Assembly: GCA_043228905.1 (NCBI GenBank)
Contig: JBHGNT010000015.1
Coordinates: 9,486,001 to 9,550,000 of the forward strand
Reading direction: 5' to 3'
Origin: Azolla caroliniana
Taxonomy: Eukaryota; Plantae; Polypodiophyta
DNA: 64,000 bases
Positions 24,434 to 36,174 of this stretch are shown here, piece by piece (positions within the stretch are counted from its first letter, which is position 1; each line of letters starts with the position of its first letter). Made by a program: the position numbers and the translations under genes. The notes beneath the pieces were generated by a model. That model did not search any database and had not been told where the DNA came from. It saw only the letters and a program-made list of their open reading frames with translations.

Positions 24434-27400
24434 TTAACCGGAAGAACCAGGTCCGTATCCCGGTTTTCCCCCATATTCACGTTTGCCAGCCACCCGTTTG
24501 TTGTTATCCGGTAACGCCGGCTCCGTCTGACTATCAGGTACTTTTTGTTGTATCAGCCTCCGTCTGCTCGAACGGATTCTGTGGCATAGGTCCACAATAT
24601 GGTTTGAGTCGGAACCCATTGACCCATTTGCCCATTATCTCACCGGCGAGCGTTCCGAGCTGGTATGAATTGTTGAATTCCTGCGTTATCCAATACGATC
24701 CGGTCCATCAGAACCGTAGCTTTCCCAGCATCTGACCCATCTGGGTCTGGAACACCAATACCGGCTTGCCGATCCTGAACATCTTCTCATTGCCCTTCCG
24801 GTGCCGATCAACAAATGCCTTCCTTCGTCGCTGCTCCAGTTCCAACTGCATGAGACTTGCTATACAATGCTCCTCGAGTTCACATAATGCAGCTAACTAG
24901 ATTTTTTCCGATTCCTTTTCACTTAGTCGCTCTCTAACCTGTATCTGCAAACTCGGAACCTGAAATTCGATCAGCATTACTGCTTCTAGCCCAAATGCTA
25001 ACCGGAATGGTGTTGACCGGATACTCGTTTTGTATGTCGTCCGGTATGCCCATAGTGCACTATGCAGCTTGGTGTCCCAATCGGTCCGGTTTTCATTGAC
25101 GATCTTCCGCAAGATGTTTTGGAGCGTTTTGTTTGTGGATTCGGCTAGTCCATTGGCCTGTGGATAATACGGGGTATTGCGCTTGTGTACCATTGCATAA
25201 AATGTTGTTAAGCTCTCCACTACTTGACCGAGAAAATGTCCGCCTTGGTCGCTAATTAACTCGATCGGGCATCCATACCGGCACCAGATGTTCTCATATA
25301 AGAACTTTGCCATTGAAGCCGCAATATTGTCCCGCAACGCCTTAGCTTCTACCCACTTGGTGCAATAATCAGTGGCGACTATGACATATCTGTTGCCGGT
25401 TCTCATTGCCGGAGGTTTAAATGGCCCAACGAAATCCAACCCCCATTTTTGAAATGGTTCGAAGGGTAGCACCGGCTGGTGAGGCATCCTTGCCTGTTCT
25501 GTTGGTTAGCCCATCTGTTGACATAAATCACAGACTTTTGCGTATCGAACCGAGTCCTTCACTGTCGTCGGCCACCATAGCCCGTTGTGCCATATCTATC
25601 TTGCCGTAGCGTCCCCGGCATAGTGCCCTCCGGCAAAGGCACAATGCGCTTCTTGTAATATTGTGTCCTTTTTGTTGCTTCGCATTGCTCGCCGCCATAT
25701 GTCATCCGTGCCTTTCTGGTACAGGGTGTCTTGTAGTAGACAAAAATGTTGGCTTTGTACCACTAACCGCTTCTACTCATCCCGGTTCATCTCCTTTGGT
25801 GGAAGTCCCGTGCTTAGGAATTGATGCATGTTGTTTAGCCACTTGTCTTTGTCGACTACTGTGCTATCGGCTATTACTTTAAACAACTCAGCATCCGGAA
25901 ACTCATCCGGGACTCCATCGCCGGTCTCACCGGAGTCTAACCGGCTTAGATAATCGGCAACAACATGCTGTATTCCCGGCCGGTGATATATTTCGAACTC
26001 AAACTCTTGTAGCAACAATGTCCATCGGGCCAGCTTGCCGGTGAGTGATGCCTTTGAGACCAAATATAACAGCGCTGAGTGGTCGACATGAAATGAAAAT
26101 TTCCTTCCCAATAAATAGTGTTAGAACTTGGTAACACTGTAAATCATCCCTAAGGCTTCTCTTTCCATTGCTGAATAATTTCGTTCTGCTTGGGATAGCT
26201 TCTTGCTAGCATAATAAATCGGTCGGTACCATTTCGGTTCGGTCAGTTGCATTAGTGCGCTGCCGATTGCTATGTCGGACGCATCAACGAACACGTGGAA
26301 TTCTATTGACCAGTCTGGTGGTTGCACCACCGGTGCTTGTGATAGCAGTACTTTCAATGCCCGGTAAGCCTCATCCTCCGTATTTGTCCATTGAAACGGT
26401 GTTCGGTGAACCGCGACATGCAACGGTGTAGCAAGATCGGCCAAATACCGGAGCATCCGACTATGCCACTGGATTTGTCTTAGAAACCGACTCAAAGCCT
26501 TGGCCATGGATGGTGTCGATGCCTCTAAGATTTCTTTGACCTTATCGGGGTCTACTGCGATCCCGTCCTTGTTGACAAGATGGCCCAGCAATGCACCGCT
26601 TGTTACTCCGAACACACACTTTGCTGGATTCAGGTGTAACCGATAACTCCTGCATTTCTCAAGACACAACTGGAGGTGTTGGAGATGCTCTCCTTCTCGA
26701 CTATACATGGCGAAGTCATCCAGGAATACCTACATGAATGCCGGAATTTACTCGCCAAATATTTCCATGATTATTCGTTGGAAGGTCGCCGACGCGGTCT
26801 TGAGCCCGAACATCATTACCACTGCGATGAAAACTCCCCATTCGGTGATGAACGTCGTCTTGTCTTGGTTGTTGGGGTGCATCCTTATTTGATTGTAGTC
26901 GCTGAAACCATCTAGAAAGCCTTACACTTCATGACCAACTACTGCGTCCACGACTCCATCCGTAAATGGAAGTGGAAAGGCGTTGGTCACTGTTGCCGCA
27001 TTAAGTTTCCAGTAATCGACGCACACCCGGATCTTATCGTTCTTTTTTGGCACGACGACTATGGGACTTAACCATGTAGCTTTTTTCACAGGTCGGATAA
27101 AACCGACTCGTAGCAACTTGTCAATTTCCTCTTTGACCTTGGCCGCATAGTTGGGGTTCATTCGGTAACGCCATTGTGCTACCGGTTTGGCATCCTTACT
27201 GAGATGTATCTAGTGTTGGTACAACCGAGGATCCAGCTCCCGCATGTCTTCATATGACCAGGCGAATACGTCCCGGAATTCCTTTAATAAAGTGATCATC
27301 GCCGTCTTGTTGTCCGGTGACATTTCCTTAGCAATATGTACCGGTCTTGTGTCGTCGCCGGTTCCTAAGTTCACTTCCTCTAACTGGGATGCTTTCACGC

Positions 27401-29075
27401 GTTGGGATACCGCCATCTCCCTCTCTAGGGCTTCCTATTCTTGCCGTAATTCTCTGATAGCTTCCCGGTTCGGTTCCTCGTCGACATCATCCGATTGCGT
27501 TATATATGGTGACACCGCTTCTGCCACATCGATTTCAAATAGGGGTACAATTTTTGGGTTTTCTTCTAAGTATTGGTCGACCTCTTCGTCTACAAGCCCC
27601 TCGAGCATGTTTACACCTTCCGCATATAGCGGTGTCAGCTCCTTGGCGGTGCTTGCTTGAGGGTGGGTAGGTACCCTTACTTTAGTCTTTCCTCGCCGGA
27701 AGGTAATCATGTTTTTCCACTAGTTTTGTTTTATATGCGCTGTTTTTAGCCATGGGCGGCCCAACAACAATGGGTAAGCCCCTTGCGCATTGAGCTGGAG
27801 AACCACCGCCGAAATGCAGAATGTGTGTCCTCTGATAGTTACGTCTAGATCCCGTATCAAACCGTTAGGTCTTATCGAACTTGTATCCGCCATCCGGACC
27901 CAAAACGGGCAAGGCTCCCATTCCTGGATTCCTAGGGTATTACAAGTCTGTAGACTGATCATGTTCACGCCCGATCCTCCATCCACAATTGTCCCTGGTA
28001 GTTCTCATCCTTTGACGATGGCGGTGATTGCCGGATTGTTCGTGTCCACCTCTGCTAGCCCTTCTTCTGGATTTGAGAAGAATGTAGGAGCCGGCAACGG
28101 AATTGATGTGGTCATTCCTAATTTCAGCCCTTCCATAAACCGGGGAACTAGCTGTAATAACCGACCCAATGGCAGCGTAATTTGACATTCTTGTAACACT
28201 TGCCATGTTGGGTCTTCTGGCTGAATCGTGTTGGTGGCCTCTTCCGGTTTTTCCTTTTGTTGTTCAAGCTTAGCCACATTGTGCTCATTTGCCTTCTTCA
28301 CCCACTCGGTGGCTTGCTTTCGGATTGCCTCCTGTGTTTCCCACTCCGTTGTTTTGCCTTTTGCCCTGATGGTGACTTGTTGTATGTCGGCGACTTCTGC
28401 TACCACCATATTTACGACTAGTCTTTTCTCGTAGCTTTTAACCGGACATTGATTACTGTAATGTCCTTCTTGCCGGCAATAGTAGCAGTACACTTTCCGG
28501 GTGTTGCTGGATTCGACGTTTGCTCCGGTACCCGATTGAGGTCCTATTGGTGGACAGTTGGGTGCTTGGCCTTGGTCCGGTTTTCATAATTGCCTTGATC
28601 CTCCCTCCGTTGGTTGTAACCGGGGGAGTGATCCCGATTGTATCGCTCATATCGTTCACCGTTGTAATCCCGGTAGCTATCCTGCCGGTCTTGGTCGTGA
28701 TAATCCTTTCTGTCGTTGTTCCAGATATCTTGCGTTGGCCGGTAACGCTCATCTCGCCGCCAACGTTCTTATTCCTCCTCTCGGTTGCTGCGGGGTTCGA
28801 TTTGCCTTATCGGTGCGGCTTGCCAGTTCAGCAAGTTATATTCGCATCGGTCCATTGTGTGCGTCCTGGAATGACATAACATGCACTGTGTCGGCATGGT
28901 ACATTCTATTGTCGAGTGCCCGGCATTGAGACAAGTCGTACATTGTATAGCTTGCCAAAAACGTAGGTCGTCTTCTGTTGGTAATGTACGCTGGAGTGTC
29001 CCCATTGTTAGACACGAGCTTGTTTTCTCCATCTCCCTGACCCGTTCTATGACTTGGTCGATGGAATTCCTCTGT
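24434..29075 (-). mobile_element. gag C-terminus and pol (PR-RT-RH-INT) of a non-chromoviral Ty3/gypsy element, degenerate
   Basis: CTTCLNAGHSTIEC, VDGGSGVNMI, WLSPIVVVPKK, VFLDDF, VDASDIAIG, WGLDFVGPF, YPQANGLAE; no chromodomain or extra RNase H seen. Confidence 0.95.
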
Positions 29076-29162
29076 CCATTCTTCCCTTCTTGTTTTTTAC
29101 CGAGTGTTAGGGTTCGTCTATGGAAATCACGTATCCGGAGCAGAGGTTCTGAACTCTCACGT

Positions 29163-30836
29163 TGTCGTGGCGTGACTTGCCTAGAAGCGTAGCATTGCGT
29201 AGACAGAAGATAACGTGAAAGTGAGGAAGGAATCGTTGGGATTTTGGACGAAAGAGATGAAATAGATAAATAGTGATCAAGAAGATATGACAAGATAGGA
29301 TATAGAATGGTATTTGAAGCAATGAAAGAGATTCATAATTATTTGATGAAAGAGTTACAAAATGGGCGTGAGTATCATTCAATTCGAACTATGTCTCACA
29401 AGGTAATCGCTCTTCTATTTCTTGGTAATAAGCCACACCAATCTTCACTTCAATATTTCGATGAAGATAAGAATCGAACCGCTGCCCTTTCGTTTTGAGT
29501 TGAGCACCACAACCGCCAAGCAACCGCCAAGCAAGCTCTTCTCTTATCTTTTTTTTTCTCTTGCTCTTTCTATCTTATGATATCTGTTATGTAATATAAT
29601 TCTATTTGATTATCTTGATATATCACACAATATAGTTCTTTGATTTCAATTCCTTCGTTATCCTTGTGACTATACTCCCTTCTCCTTTTATAGGAAGGGG
29701 ATGGTTTTGCATGTGGGCCATATGTTACACATGTAGAGAGGTCTCTTACATGTGTGTTATATGGTGCACATGTAGTATATCACAAGGTTTAGACCATAGT
29801 ACGTAAAATTCGTGTTCGTCTAGCATAACATTCGCCAAGCAAGCTCTTCTCTTATCTTTTTTTTTCTCTTGCTCTTTCTATCTTATGATATCTGTTATGT
29901 AATATAATTCTATTTGATTATCTTGATATATCACACAATATAGTTCTTTGATTTCAATTCCTTCGCTATCCTTGTGACTATACTCCCTTCTCCTTTTATA
30001 GGAAGGGGATGGTTTTGCATGTGGGCCATATGTTACACATGTAGAGAGGTCTCTTACATGTATGTTATATGGTGCACATGTAGTATATCACAAGGTTTAG
30101 ACCATAGTACGTAAAATTCGTGTTCGTCTAGCATAACATTCGTTTTCCTACATTGGAAAACAAATGTGAATGGTATTCAAACATTCTTGTGTTTTTTTTT
30201 TGTTTTTACCCCATTTTTTAATGTTTTTAATGTTTTCTATTCTATGTTTTAGGCTTATTTACCTCATAATAAATAGTTAATCCAAAAGTACGGTATTTAT
30301 CATTCTTTGAGGGTGTTTTAATTTCACGAATGTGAATGTGCGTATGGTACATATGGTTCATACTATGGTTTTTTAGACTATGTATTATCAATTCAAATAA
30401 TATAAATGGATATAAATCATGGATGTTGGTAAATGGTAAGGTTCGAGACTTGTAAGGTAGATGTTGTTGGTTCAAGTCCTCTCTTGCCAATGTAATATGC
30501 TATATGGTGCACACATAGTACATTATATGGTTTATAGTTTAAACCATACAATACTACTTCAAATAAAACAACACACATAGTTATAGATATACATACATAT
30601 ATATATTATAAGTATAGGGTAAATGGTAAGGTTTGAGAGTCATAAGGTAGGGGTTATTGGTTCAAGTCCTCTCTTGTCCATGCAATGTAATATATATATA
30701 TATATATATATTTGTATTTGCTTGTACATATAAGTATAATATTTTATGTATAAAACATTATCAAGATTTATTTTATTTTAGTTATGTATTTATCTTATTG
30801 TAGACTTTTAATGTGAAACTTTCCCACTTGATGACA
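29163..30836 (-). mobile_element. Solo LTR with an internal ~310-bp tandem duplication, inserted at the end of a copia PBS
   Basis: TGTCGT...ATGACA termini; flanks ACGT/ACGC; ~29524-29834 repeated at ~29833-30142; two tRNA-like modules at 30420-30490 and 30610-30680. Confidence 0.75.
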
Positions 30837-31356
30837 ACGCTCTGATACCATATAAAATTGAAATGTGCAGAAGCGTAGACAAAATCGGTTGAACCGGATA
30901 ACAACAGAACATAGATATCAAGGTTTAATGGAAAGCTTCAATATAATATGCGGGAGAGACAAAGAGAGCAGAACGGTAAACTCAATTTCAAAATTATGAC
31001 AAGACTCTATACATACAACTATGCTTTACAACACTATTTATACAAGTTCTTACAGGACTAACTAAAGTATTGACAAGTACTTTAATGCTCATACAGAGCA
31101 TTAGACACTGACTACTAAAAAATATGCCTACATACTAGGCTAGAGTCATAGGCTTCTAACGGCCTACAAGTTTCAATCGGATCCGGATTATGATCGGGCT
31201 CTTGGTTCTGGAAACTGATCCAGACATTGATCATGTTCCTCGTTCCGGACTCTGATCCGGCTTTGGCTCATTCAGCCGATCAGTATTCGGCTGAGCTTGT
31301 CCGCTCAACAGTAAACTATGCGGAAGTTGACACACACAATCGGCTTAGTCGAACAG
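30837..31356 (-). mobile_element. Copia 5' LTR portion with tRNA-iMet PBS
   Basis: Minus-strand TGGTATCAGAGCGT at 30850-30837. The leader resumes at 29162-29076 up to an ATG. Same family as 14035-14800. Confidence 0.8.
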
Positions 31357-31409
31357 AACTAAGGACTTCGGCCTTTCGGCCCTTAGCTTTTTAGCTGTCG
31401 ACAACACAA

Positions 31410-31720
31410 CCCATTTTGTCTCATCGAACTCGTACATTCAGCTCTCCCCTTCACTCATTCGGCTCCTCTCCATTGTTTTTCTCCTCTCCTGTTCTCCCCC
31501 TCAAGCAAGGCAAGTCGAGATGCGACAAAACAAGCATCTTCGAAAATTACCGCAACTTGTCCAGTCCTAGCGTTTTGGTAAAGATGTCGGCCGCTTGCAA
31601 GTCAATCTGAATGAATCGTTATTCGACTTCATCGGTAAGGACCCGCTGACATAGAAATGGTAATGTACCTCAATGTGCTTTGTGCGAGCATGGAAAACAA
31701 GGTTCTTGTTACCGTATGAG
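31410..31720 (-). mobile_element. Copia RNase H C-terminal remnant
   Basis: NLVFHARTKHIEVHYHF and ADIFTK; purine tract GAGGGGGAG. Confidence 0.8.
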
Positions 31721-31847
31721 ATGCGTGGAAATATATAAGTGTTATGAGTGAGGTAAGGAGAATTCGACAACTAAAAAATGAAAGTAACGGTTGTCTTTGC
31801 GACTGACACTGCCTGTGATCGGTATTAGATCAACGGTGAAAGACTAG

Positions 31848-32190
31848 AGTGTTGTTGTGTGAATGTGTAATGTGCACGAGAACGAGTGAAAGTGTGGGTG
31901 TGAGTATATGTGTATGTGAACACATTGACATGTCTGTGCATGTGTACAGATAGAAAAGGGTATGAGTGAATTATGCGTGTCACAGTGGATGGCTTGAGGG
32001 ACATGCACCCCTATGTATCTAACCCTCATTCTATTACCATACGAGATGTACAGAGAGTTTAGTGTGATGAGCGAGGGTGAAGAGACTTAATGTTGTTGTA
32101 TATACGATTATAACTGTGAGTGTGAGTGTGAGTAGATACATATGTGAACACATGTCGATGAGAAGGGAGGATGTTTATGCTCGAGACAAA
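31848..32190 (+). mobile_element. Rearranged fragments related to the 20682/23174 LTR
   Basis: ACGAGATGTACAGAGAG..GTGTGATGAGCGAGGGT and CACCCCTATGTATCTA are shared with that LTR. Confidence 0.65.
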
Positions 32191-32299
32191 TGACGTAGGT
32201 GCCGATATGTTCGCCAAAAGGCAAAAGCTCGAGTTAGATATCAACCTATGGCACAAGAGATTCGGCATTTTCAACTTCCCCCAGCTTCAAGAGACGCAG

Positions 32300-33385
32300 T
32301 TTAGTTTATAGACCCACTTGCATGGAAGGGCACACCGATTTTTCGATAGTTCAACCAGGTCCCAAGTCTTGTTTTGCTGAATGGAATTCATCTCTGACTC
32401 CATCGCCAGATGCCATGTGACCAAATTAGTTGATGCAGATGCTTCTTCGAATGACGTCGGTTCGCCGACGTCTGTGAAGAAGATTCCAGGAGAGTGCCTC
32501 TATGGAGGATGCGATAGTCTTTCAGATCTTCTAGGTATGACTGAGCTGGCCTGATCAGGTGTCTAGGTTGGATAGTTTGGAGCCGAAATATTCGGTTGTT
32601 CCAAATCAACTGGAGTCCACTCGGTGCTAGAGGATTCAGCTACCCGCGAAGCCGACCTCGTATTACGGGATGAGCCGTCATGAAGAGCAAGCACTTCGGA
32701 AAAGGTTACCCTTCGGACTTCGATAGGCCTTTCGGCCATCTTATGCATAGCCGACTCGTTGAACACTACGTTGGAACTTCGGACGGTTTGTCTTGCTCGG
32801 GGTCCCTGCGTCAGTATCTGATCTCGCCGTTTGGTCCATAGCCAAGGAAAATGCATTTCCTGGACCTCGGTTCGAGTTTTCGGCGATTTTCTTCGGTATG
32901 AGGGCGTATGCCTTACATCTGAAAATCCTGAGGTTATCGTAATTCGTCTTACTACCGGTCCATAATTCCTAAGGTATTCGAAGTCCTAGAGGCCTACCCG
33001 ATGACATATTGATTATGTGTATTGTCATAAGTAGGGCCTCTCCCCAAAAGGCATCCAATAATCCGGAGTGCTGGAGCATAAACACTATTCGTTCCTAAAT
33101 TGTCTGATTCATACGTTTGGCAATTCCATTTCGCTCCAAATTATGTGGTGCTGCGTATTCATGTTTGATTTTGCGCTGCCAACAAAATTTGACGAATTCT
33201 TCAGACTTAAACTCTCCCCATTGTCGGTTCGACGACATTTCAGCTTTTGACCGATCTGATTCTCTACCATGGCAAGCCATTCCTGGAAGATCGATAAGGC
33301 TCAATCTTTGGTTCTGGCTAGGTATGCCCACACCTTGCGAGTCGAATCGTCGATGAAGCTGACAAAGTACAAGCACCACCAAGAC
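32300..33385 (-). mobile_element. Copia integrase remnant
   Basis: GEFKSEEFVKFC..NGIAKRMNQTI and KLEPRSRKCIFLGYG. Confidence 0.85.
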
Positions 33386-36174
33386 ACTTGTTAAAAATTA
33401 GGTAATTAACTAGGGTTATTTAGTATCTAATTATGTGAGTAGTTGATAACGTAATGGAAGATTATGTGATATGTGTGTGGAAGTTACACTTATGAACAAT
33501 AAATGGGGGTTGATTAACAAGAGTGTAGCTAGATAACCTTTCTCTGTATTAATACGCATCAAAATACAACGATATCCTCAATGAGGTGTATATACATCTC
33601 ATGTGCAAGGGGGTGCACATGTGTGAGGATAATATAGGTACAAATATGTAAGTCCTATGAACATGTGAGTGGAGTATCTAGAATGTATCCCACTCAAGTA
33701 CAAAATCCTATTTAAGGCTCTAAGGTCAACACACTAACTAGATTCTATCTAGGTAACTACTAAGTTACGTGGTTAACTAAATGGCTAAACTAAGTTGAGC
33801 TTGATATCTCAACATGCCCCCTTAAGCTCAAGTGTGAGGCGTCCAACATCCTTGTTGGGCTTTCGGCTTCGTCGGTTTCCGTCCGCCTCTTGGCTTTCTT
33901 CAACCTTTCCACGACAGTTTCAGTTCCTCCCCCTCAAGTCGGTGACGAAGGCTTGTAGTGTGAAATGGGTGAAGGCCGATTGCTTCCACCCATCGTGGGT
34001 CACAAGACACTTCTGTAGAGATCTCGGGCTCTTGTTCGGCCGCTACCTTCATCACGAAGGCATAATGATGGGCCATATACTCGTTGTGGCTGAGCCGAGT
34101 GACAGGATTCTTGTCTCTGGATGAGCGTCGAAGTTTTTCACTTGCCAATGTGAGTGCCTTCTTTACTCCGGGTGTACGCATGATATGTACACCAAACTCA
34201 CTATTTAGTGAGGGAGCCAACACATCCAAATCACTGTCCTCGGGTTGGTTGATTTAGTATTCGGGCATCTTACCTTTGCCTTTGTCCAATTTCGGACTTG
34301 GCCGTGATGTGCTTTGGTTGTGTGAATGCTCATGTGGGCCACTTAGCCCAGTAGAGCTTGGATTGTCCTTTGGTAATAGACTTGGTTGAATATCATCCTC
34401 CCAATTGACGTTCAACTCTTCCTTGGTCGGGTCGGATGGAGCCGAATCAAGCTTATACCATGATGCCGATTCGTCGAAAACTACATCTCAACTCACCCGA
34501 ACTGCTCGGGTCGAAGGGTTATAGCACTTGTATGCCTTTTGCTTGGATGAGTATCCTATGAGGATACATTTCTCCAACTTTGCTTCGAACTTCTGTCAAT
34601 GTTCGTTCCGGATGTGTACATTCGCAATGTCCAAACACTTTGATGTGTGACAGGATTGGTTTCCTTCCGACAAGGAGCTCGTATGGAGTTAGCTCATGCA
34701 CTCCATTAGTGGTGCACCGACTCATGAGATAAACGGCCGTGGATGCCGCTTTGGCCCAATAGAAGTTCGACATGTGCTTCTCATGTATCATTGTGTAGTG
34801 CTACCTCGAGTATGTGCCGATTCCTTCTTTCGGTGTGCGTTGGCATGAGAATTCTCTCTAGACGCCTTCACCTTGGAGCTAGGAGATGAATTCGTCGGAG
34901 AATTACTCCTTGCCTCCATCCGACCGTAGACATCGAATGTGCCAACCGATTTCATTTTCAACTTGTCTCTTGAGCTTTGAAAGTGGGAGAGCACTTCACT
35001 CTTCTTCTTCATTAGGAAGATCCATGTGTAGCGGGAGTAGTCATCAATGAAGGTGACGTAGTATTGTCATCCGCCGATCGTCGGCATTTGAGCCGGTCCC
35101 CATACATCCGAATAGATGATGTCGAGGAGGCCTTTGCTTACGTAGCTCTCCTTCGGGAATGGGAGTCGATGTTGTTTGTAGAGTTGGCATGCTTCACATA
35201 CTCGGTGGACTTGTTTCAACTCAAATGCCGGAAGTCCGATGAAGACTCCCTTTGGTTGCATCACTAGAAGCCGTTGGAGTTTATGTGGCCGATTCTCTTG
35301 TGCCACATCTCGATGTTCGTCTAAGTTTTGAGACCTTTGGCATACATAGCCGATTTCACCTCGTTTGAATCGAGAATGAACATTCGATCACCTCTCCGTC
35401 CCCTAGTTTTGAGTTGGCCATCTTTCTCAATGAAGCATCCTTCGTTGTTGAAACGAACTTGCATGCCTTGCTCCATGATTTGGCCGACCTAGACCAAAGT
35501 CTTTGTTATTGTCCGTACATGCAAGATATTCTTGATGCAATTGTTTTGTCCGTCGTTGTTGATGTGCCAAATGGGATGTGTGATGTCTCTATGTAACCGG
35601 GTCCTTAGGTCACGAAACCACTTTTGGTGTGACGTCATATGATGTGAGGTGTCAGAGTCGACAAACCACACGTCTTCCGAGTTGGAGGTGCTTGTGGAGT
35701 CGAAGGCCGTCATAGAGTTCGCTCTATGTCTCATTACGAATAGCCCACCATAGTCTTCATATTCGGAGTTGGTGGCATAATTTGTGAGGTGTCAGCTTGT
35801 CGAAGCCGACTCACATCTCTTCTTTCGGCACTCCTCTTCGTGGTGGCCGATTTTGCCGCAATAGTTGCAAGTAGCGGGCCTCGTTTGCCGACCTTGTTTG
35901 GCATGGAAGCTCCCCCTTCTTCTGAAGGTTCCTTGATGGCTTCCATCTTGTTGTCGAAGGTTTAAGTTCCCTTTGTGAGATGGGTCGACTCGACCTCTTC
36001 TACCGCCTCGACCTCGTCCTCGGCCACAGTCCGAATTCGAGAAGAACATTTGTCCTTCTGACATCTTGGTCTTGGTTCGGACATGGTTCTCTTCGACCAA
36101 TAACATTGATTGGAGGTCGAAGAATGAAGTAGGGTTTTCTCTCACTAAGATAGTTGTCATTATGGGGTTGAACC

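Noticed and set aside
28769-29293. 174-aa ORF as a novel chimeric gene
   Set aside because: It runs across a solo LTR end, a copia leader and gypsy gag at a rearrangement junction; most likely a fortuitous fusion.
31358-31390. GGCCGAAAGGCCGAA on the minus strand resembles hammerhead ribozyme stem II
   Set aside because: No upstream CTGATGA core, GAAG instead of GAAA, and no stems I/III; only a GNRA-capped hairpin.
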